The notes below the pieces were generated by a model that worked only from the letters and a program-made list of their open reading frames with translations, searched no databases and was not told the DNA's origin. The position numbers were made by a program, and so were the translations under genes. Positions 49,922 to 55,434 of a stretch of 55,434 nucleotides of DNA are shown here, piece after piece. Numbering within the stretch: the first letter of the stretch is position 1; every line of letters begins with the position of its first letter. This DNA comes from Thermoprotei archaeon (GTDB taxonomy: Archaea > Thermoproteota > Thermoprotei > Thermoproteales > B15-G16), in assembly GCA_003649205.1 (NCBI GenBank), contig QMRC01000013.1, positions 1 through 55,434 of the forward strand, in the 5' to 3' direction.

Positions 49922-50487
49922 GTTAGCTCCTCACTCTCATCCAGTAGCCAATCTATTTGCTGCCTATACGGACTTGGATCTATACCTCCTCTAACTATAC
50001 CGAGCACTATATCGCATATCGTATCGACATCAAGACCAGTAACATTAATCTCGAAAACCTTCTCCGAACTAAACCATGATCTAGCTTCGTTAGCGATGAC
50101 ACCAATGTACTCAGCAAGTACATTCTCAGCAATCTTCTCCTCCTTACTACTGTACCTAGCTCTAAGTCTCTTAACCAGTTCAAGAGGGTGTAGTCTCAGT
50201 ACAAAGATGTGCGTTACTAGGTCAGGGGGCATTACTGACGGTATGTGAGTATCAACAACTACCTTACTTAGCTCAGCTAGGTACTCACGTAGCTCACTCC
50301 TAGCTCTCTCAAGATCAATCACATAAGTATCTCTCCTAGCATCGTACTCTACACAGAGATTATGGCTGAGACAAAAACTACCGACATCAATGTACTCGGC
50401 ATTCAATACCTGAGATAGTTTCTTAGCTACAGTTGTCTTACCTGTACCTGGTGTACCTGTTATCAGTACTCTGAGGACTTGAGTCAT
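49843..50487 (-). CDS. Adenylate kinase 6 / Fap7-like NTPase
   Basis: ITGTPGTGKTT, VVDTH, LRAR..KIAENV.AE. Confidence 0.9.
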   Translation of the reverse strand: MTQVLRVLITGTPGTGKTTVAKKLSQVLNAEYIDVGSFCLSHNLCVEYDARRDTYVIDLERARSELREYLAELSKVVVDTHIPSVMPPDLVTHIFVLRLHPLELVKRLRARYSSKEEKIAENVLAEYIGVIANEARSWFSSEKVFEINVTGLDVDTICDIVLGIVRGGIDPSPYRQQIDWLLDESEELTQLIMECERILGRSSSNTLSEEVSPQ

Positions 50488-51791
50488 GGGTATACTCTAC
50501 GGATATCTCTTGGGAACGGTATGGCATCTCTAATGTGGTCAAGTCCACAGATCCACATAACCAATCTATCTACTCCGAGACCAAATCCTGAGTGGGGAAC
50601 TGAACCATATCGTCTCAGGTCGATGTACCACTGATAATCATCTGGATTCAATCCAAATCTCTTGATCTTCTCTATGAGTTCCCGCGCGTCATCTATCCTC
50701 TGACCACCACCAATTATCTCACCATACCCTTCAGGAGCTAACATGTCCTCTGACAGAGTGATTTCCGGTCTCTCAGGATCATTCTTATGGTAAAACGCTT
50801 TACAAGTCTCTGGATAACCAATAACGAATATCGGTGTCTCGAAGTCCTTTGTCAACTCCCTCTCTTCATCAGCTCCCAAATCATCACCCCACTTAATGTT
50901 GAACCCCTTCCTCTGAAGTCTCTCAATAACCTCATCGTACGATAGTCTTGGGAAAGGTGGCTTCACCCTCTCAAGGTGTTCAATTCTCCTACCCAGTATC
51001 GATAACTCCTCGAGGTTCTTCTCGAGAACCCTCCTAACGATGTGGTAAATTAGCTCCTCCTCCACTCTCATAATATCATCGAGCGTAGCCCAAGCAACCT
51101 CGGCTTCAGCATGCCAGAACTCAGTTAAGTGTCTCCTAGTTCTCGACTTCTCAGCTCTAAATGATGGAGCTACCGTGTACACTCTCTCCAAGCTATAGAT
51201 CAAGGCCTCTAAGTAGAACTGAGCACTTTGTGTAAGGTACACATTCTCTCTATCGAAGTACTTAACAGGAAACAACGTAGCACCACCCTCAACAGCAGCA
51301 GTTACGAAGATAGGACAGTGAACCTCATAGAAACCTCTAGATCTGAAGAACTCGTGAATTGCCTCAAACACAGTACTCCTAACCTTAAGTATTGAAGTCA
51401 TCTTTCTACTCCTAATCCATAAGTGACGTAGGTCAAGTAGTATCTCCGAATCAGCCCTCGCAGCTGACTCAGTTATGGGAAAGGCTTCAGCTATGTGAAC
51501 AGGCTCGAGCTTAGTAACTCGAACCTCGTAACCACCTGGTGCTCTAGGATCCTTAGCAACAACCCCCCAAACCTTCACCGAAGACTCAATTGTCAACTTC
51601 CTAGATAACTCGAAGTGAGGAGAATCCCTCTTAACAACACACTGAATAATACCTGTAGAATCACGTAGCAAGATAAAGGTTGAGTCCTTTAAAGTCCTCA
51701 ATCTATAGACCCAACCTCTCAACGCTACTTCCCTACCCACATACTCATCAGATTGAACATCCCTGACATGTAGGAAGGCACCCATGTACAT
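50484..51791 (-). CDS. asnS: Asparaginyl-tRNA synthetase
   Basis: RHLWIRS, VEGGATLF, YLTQSAQFY, FRAEKSRTRRHLTEF, YGSVPHSGFGLG. Confidence 0.94.
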   Translation of the reverse strand: MYMGAFLHVRDVQSDEYVGREVALRGWVYRLRTLKDSTFILLRDSTGIIQCVVKRDSPHFELSRKLTIESSVKVWGVVAKDPRAPGGYEVRVTKLEPVHIAEAFPITESAARADSEILLDLRHLWIRSRKMTSILKVRSTVFEAIHEFFRSRGFYEVHCPIFVTAAVEGGATLFPVKYFDRENVYLTQSAQFYLEALIYSLERVYTVAPSFRAEKSRTRRHLTEFWHAEAEVAWATLDDIMRVEEELIYHIVRRVLEKNLEELSILGRRIEHLERVKPPFPRLSYDEVIERLQRKGFNIKWGDDLGADEERELTKDFETPIFVIGYPETCKAFYHKNDPERPEITLSEDMLAPEGYGEIIGGGQRIDDARELIEKIKRFGLNPDDYQWYIDLRRYGSVPHSGFGLGVDRLVMWICGLDHIRDAIPFPRDIRRVYP

Positions 51792-51852
51792 GTCCTCAAA
51801 GGAGTTGTACAGAACGGGTTTTTATGCCTAAAGCAAAGGGGAAACCTGTAGA

Positions 51853-51886
51853 TAGGGAAGAAGAGGAAAGGTGGGGAAGGAGATTG
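51853..51886 (-). terminator. Pyrimidine-rich terminator-like tract after the structured RNA
   Basis: Minus strand CAATCTCCTTCCCCACCTTTCCTCTTCTTCCCT; similar tracts follow the tRNAs. Confidence 0.5.
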
Positions 51887-52155
51887 AAGAGCTAGGCGTT
51901 AGGGTTTGCCTTGTACAAGTACTCAGTCATCGGCTCATCTTTTTAGCCCGCTCTTAGGTTGGGTTTCATTCATCATTAGACGGGAGTCCTGAGACCCATG
52001 TTAGTTGGTACGACTGCTTACTTTGCAATAAGTATAGGATTAAACGAGTTTTGAACACAGTCTTATCGTGTTGGAAGACATTTGGTCTTGATGGGGGAGT
52101 GGGGATAGGCGGGTTCACTCAAACCCGAAACGGGTCTGTCACCCGCCTGATACCC
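51887..52155 (-). ncRNA. Unidentified ~270-nt structured ncRNA with K-turn motifs
   Basis: TTATAT TATA at 52180-52185; 5' K-turn hairpin, several short hairpins, second K-turn/K-loop hairpin, multibranch 3' domain closed by AAGAGC/GCUCUU; no ORF. Confidence 0.72.
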
Positions 52156-52209
52156 TAGTGTGATCGAGGTAGCTAAGGGATATAAGCGTAGTGTCTAGAA
52201 CTTGAAGGT

Positions 52210-52512
52210 CTAGGTAATGTACCTACGTTCGGAAGGTGATATCTTCTCAGCATATATCGAATGCACAACAAGATCTCCACCACACCTACTGCACTTACCA
52301 ATTACCATACCAACGTAAACTCCCTTCTCTACTCCTCTAACCTCCCTATAACCGCACTTAAGACAGGTAACCTCCATCCTCAGAGCTGACAATCTATTCA
52401 TCCTCTTCAAAACTCTACGAGGACTAAAGACTGTGTAGTAGAGAAGGAGTAGAAGAAGGACAAGAAAGAGAACTAGGATACCTAAGCTCTCAAACTGCAT
52501 TATGAAGTTCAT
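52210..52512 (-). CDS. Membrane-anchored zinc-ribbon protein
   Basis: N-terminal TM helix, CLKCG...CSRCGG; coupled to the DUF1512 gene. Confidence 0.8.
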   Translation of the reverse strand: MNFIMQFESLGILVLFLVLLLLLLYYTVFSPRRVLKRMNRLSALRMEVTCLKCGYREVRGVEKGVYVGMVIGKCSRCGGDLVVHSIYAEKISPSERRYIT

Positions 52513-53621
52513 TGAGCAACACCTACCGTATTACCAACACCTACAACTACTATCGTATCACCCTCCTTAGTGTGCTCGAGTATTATCCTCTTAACTCTCT
52601 CAACAGCTTCATCAGCAGCCTTAGCTACGTCCTTAGTCATAACTGAGAGAGCCTCTGAAACAGACATCTTTATGAGAACAGCATAGAGCGGAACCTTGTA
52701 CTTAGCACCAATCTCCTCAATATTGAACTTCTCAACACCAATACCACCAATAGCAACACCAACAGCATCGACAACAGTACCACTTCTCTCACTCTCTAGC
52801 TTGAGAGCAGCATCAACAGTAATTACGAGGGAAATAGGAGAATACCTCTCAAAGATAACTCTCATAGCATCATCGAGGAACCCTGTCGTACTGCCAGGAC
52901 CCTTAGCCTTAACAATCAAGACCCTCCTACCCCTGTACTTAGTCTCAATGAGGACAGTGTTCTTAGCAATCTCAATAGGATCCGACCTACCCTCACACGA
53001 AAGCGATAACTTATACGCAACCAACGGACCAACACTATCACCAATAGGGTAACCATTTACAAAAGCATCAACAGCACTCTCAATAGCTTTAATCTGCTCG
53101 TAGTAAAATGGCATGAGAGCCTGTAATTGCCACAGAAGCCAAATAGCTTTAAACCTCTTACCCAACCTATAGTAATGATCAAGTAGCTTATATTGGTAAT
53201 TTAGTTCACGAACAGCTGAGAGAACACTCTTAACATTTTCAAGAACATCATCAGGTACGGTCGTCAGTATGTGTCTAATCTCCCTACTCAATCTCTCATC
53301 AGCAACAGTGATTATGTGCTTAAGCTTACTAACAATACCATGGGGATCGAGATCCGTAGGATTGATCAATACACTATTGACGATACTATTTACTCGACCC
53401 TCAACAACTCTATCCTCAACATTGATATTGTACTTCTTAACAAGGTCCTTAATTGACTGAACAGCCTTGCTAAGAGCTGTGTAGTAGATAGTTCTTATGC
53501 TACCTAGGTACTTCTCAATCTCAAGAGTAACTCTCAACATATTTATCTCATTTAGCAGGAAGATGAAGAGTAACCAAAATAGTGCTGTGTAGATCCAAGA
53601 GTAATCAAATTGATTACTCAT
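52509..53621 (-). CDS. DUF1512 family protein
   Basis: PTDLDP.GI, PIGDSVGP, ITVDAALKLE, GVAIGG, GVGNTVG. Confidence 0.9.
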   Translation of the reverse strand: MSNQFDYSWIYTALFWLLFIFLLNEINMLRVTLEIEKYLGSIRTIYYTALSKAVQSIKDLVKKYNINVEDRVVEGRVNSIVNSVLINPTDLDPHGIVSKLKHIITVADERLSREIRHILTTVPDDVLENVKSVLSAVRELNYQYKLLDHYYRLGKRFKAIWLLWQLQALMPFYYEQIKAIESAVDAFVNGYPIGDSVGPLVAYKLSLSCEGRSDPIEIAKNTVLIETKYRGRRVLIVKAKGPGSTTGFLDDAMRVIFERYSPISLVITVDAALKLESERSGTVVDAVGVAIGGIGVEKFNIEEIGAKYKVPLYAVLIKMSVSEALSVMTKDVAKAADEAVERVKRIILEHTKEGDTIVVVGVGNTVGVAQ

Positions 53622-53828
53622 TTCAAGTCACCTAACTTATATAATCGATTTTAAGTGAAATTTAAGTAATTTAAACTTAAGTGCTCAAGCCACTAGCTCG
53701 ACTAGTAGTTCTAGGTAGGTAAAAATCGCTTTAACGTATAACAATGATGCATTAGCTACATACCAAACAAATTTCAGAGTAACGCTTATATTTGGATTAC
53801 TTACTAGCTAATACCCTACGGTGATTAG

Positions 53829-54563
53829 GTGTCTGAGGTCTTGCTTAAACGTGTTAAACTCCTAGTCCTTACCTCCATATTCACAGCTCTAGTCTTCGCA
53901 GCTACTGTCTGCTTTACTGTCTATACACCAGCAACTAAAGGTTACTTTAACCTAGGTGAAACAATGGTTTATACGGCTGCTTTACTTGCTGGGCCTTGGG
54001 TTGGTGCTCTTGCTGGTGGTGTTGGGTCAGCTCTAGCGGATGTATTTCTCGGTTTTGGGTACTATGCTCCAGGTACTTTGGTGATTAAGGGTATTGAGGG
54101 TTTTATTGTGGGTTACTTATCGTCGGTAGCTAGGAGATTGGGTAGGAGGTTTTGGTCATCTACGTTGCTTGTTCTAGCAGCTCTATCTACGTTGCTTGTA
54201 GTTCTCGTATGTATTCCGTACTATAGTGGGGTTACGGAGTTAGTTCTTGGTTCCCATAAGGTTGTTCTCTACATTCCGTGGTTTGTGTGGGTTCTAGTTC
54301 TAGTGCTCTTCCTATGCTTTCTAACGTACATTGGTTTTAAGGTTGATCCACGTAGTGGTGCTGAGGGTCTATGTGTTGTTGTTGGTGGTTGCTGTATGGT
54401 GTTAGGTTACTTCCTCTATGAGGCTTATGTTCTTGGGTTTGGAGTGTACTATGCTGCTTTTGAGGTTCCTGTCAACATTGGTCAGTTAACTGTTGGTTTA
54501 ATTGTATCTCTTCCAGTGGTTAGATCTGTTAGGTCTGTTCTAGGTAGAGATACTGTATGGTAG
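53829..54563 (+). CDS. ECF transporter S component
   Basis: PATKGYFNLGE, GGVGSALAD, APGTLVIKG. Confidence 0.9.
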   Translation: MSEVLLKRVKLLVLTSIFTALVFAATVCFTVYTPATKGYFNLGETMVYTAALLAGPWVGALAGGVGSALADVFLGFGYYAPGTLVIKGIEGFIVGYLSSVARRLGRRFWSSTLLVLAALSTLLVVLVCIPYYSGVTELVLGSHKVVLYIPWFVWVLVLVLFLCFLTYIGFKVDPRSGAEGLCVVVGGCCMVLGYFLYEAYVLGFGVYYAAFEVPVNIGQLTVGLIVSLPVVRSVRSVLGRDTVW

Positions 54564-55381
54564 TTGTTGAGGTTCGTGATCTCTGGGTTAGGTATGTTGG
54601 TAGTGATTGGGTACTTAGGGGTATATCACTTAAGTTGTGTAGTGGTCGAGTGTACCTTCTTCTCGGTCCTAATGGATGTGGTAAGACAACTCTCCTACGT
54701 GTACTCTGTGGTTTCATACCTCATCTATACCCTGGTGAGGTTCGTGGTGAGGTCACTGTACTTGGTAAGTGCCCCAGTACTGAGGGACCTAGTGCCCTCT
54801 CCGGAGCTGTAGCATACCTCTCTGAAGACCCTACTCTCTCCATAGTAGCACCCACTGTTGGCGATGAACTCATTCTATCAAATGCTCTAGAGGCATCTGA
54901 TATAGCTAGCAAACTCAATATCGAATCTTTCTTCACCGATAATGTTTCTCACCTGAGTTCAGGTACTAGAGTTAAGGTTGCTATTGCTAGCTCAGCAATC
55001 CAAGGTGCAAAGATCATTCTTCTCGATGAACCTTTCTCCACGTTGGACGTCGAGAGTAGAATCACAGTGGCAAGGCTCCTAAAGGAACTTGCACATGAGT
55101 ACGGTATCTGTATTGTAATTGCTGAGCATAGGCTAGATGAGTTAGCTAGCTTTGTCGATGAGGTAATAGTGCTATGTAGAGGGAGCATTGTTGCAAGAGG
55201 TACTCTACCTGAAGTTCTCTCTCGATCTGAAGTACATGATATTCTTGGTAGGTATAGTGAGTACCTTGAGTTAGTGTATAGGTTGTATACTGCTGGTCTA
55301 CTACCAGAGTACTTAATTAATGTGGAGGCTGTTAGAGATGCAATATCGAAATTCGTCAAGAGACCTATTGATCGAGCTTAG
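54557..55381 (+). CDS. ECF transporter ATPase (EcfA/CbiO-like)
   Basis: GPNGCGKTT, CGFIPH, LSSG, LLDEP, AEH. Confidence 0.9.
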   Translation: MVVVEVRDLWVRYVGSDWVLRGISLKLCSGRVYLLLGPNGCGKTTLLRVLCGFIPHLYPGEVRGEVTVLGKCPSTEGPSALSGAVAYLSEDPTLSIVAPTVGDELILSNALEASDIASKLNIESFFTDNVSHLSSGTRVKVAIASSAIQGAKIILLDEPFSTLDVESRITVARLLKELAHEYGICIVIAEHRLDELASFVDEVIVLCRGSIVARGTLPEVLSRSEVHDILGRYSEYLELVYRLYTAGLLPEYLINVEAVRDAISKFVKRPIDRA

Positions 55382-55434
55382 GGATGTGTGGTTTAGGTAT
55401 CCTCTATCGAGTACTTGGTGCATTAGGGGTGTAA
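55368..55434 (+). CDS. Start of a second ECF ATPase (partial, runs off the window)
   Basis: TTG ATC GAG... translates as MIELRDVWFRYPLSSTWCIRGV, paralogous to the N-terminus of the preceding ATPase. Confidence 0.75.
   Translation, partial: MIELRDVWFRYPLSSTWCIRGV

Noticed and set aside
51805-51875. RNase P-like words ACAGAA and GAGGAAAG on the + strand
   Set aside because: Wrong order and no P4 pairing; they are the complement of a terminator and the asnS promoter region
51897-51908. Telomerase-template-like CAAACCCUAAC loop in the ncRNA
   Set aside because: Short match in C/A-rich sequence; no reverse transcriptase or telomeric repeats in the window
51960-52000. Hammerhead-like reading (GUC...CUAAUGA...GAAAC)
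   Set aside because: Core deviates from CUGANGA and stem II cannot form; a K-loop hairpin fits better
51792-52155. T-box riboswitch upstream of asnS
   Set aside because: No UGGNACC T-box or specifier stem, and asnS seems to have its own promoter

Overview
Archaeal chromosomal window, most consistent with a Thermoprotei (crenarchaeal/TACK) hyperthermophile. Support: aRF1, Elf1, ZPR1, Sec61beta, GGGP synthase, DTD2, Fap7/AK6, DUF1512, DUF2153, C/D-box sRNAs and CCA-encoding tRNAs. It holds about 50 CDSs, three tRNAs (Leu-GAG, Arg-UCU, Ala-CGC), five C/D-box sRNAs, two pseudogene fragments and three unexplained structured RNAs. All family calls come from motif recognition by eye; no searches were run. 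Highlights: (1) A Thermotoga-type inositol catabolic cluster (IolG/IolM/IolN/IolO/UxaE) whose usual lower pathway appears replaced by a 722-aa transaldolase-fold enzyme with FSA-type aldolase residues, a second TIM-barrel isomerase and a GyaR reductase. This suggests an undescribed hexuronate aldol-cleavage route. (2) A ~270-nt multi-K-turn ncRNA with its own TATA box and terminator upstream of asnS. (3) An OSTC/DC2-like membrane protein next to Sec61beta. (4) A DUF3800 gene with an adjacent GC-rich small RNA and an MNT-HEPN fusion between divergent tRNAs. (5) A TGT-like/PP-loop/Thg1 cluster.
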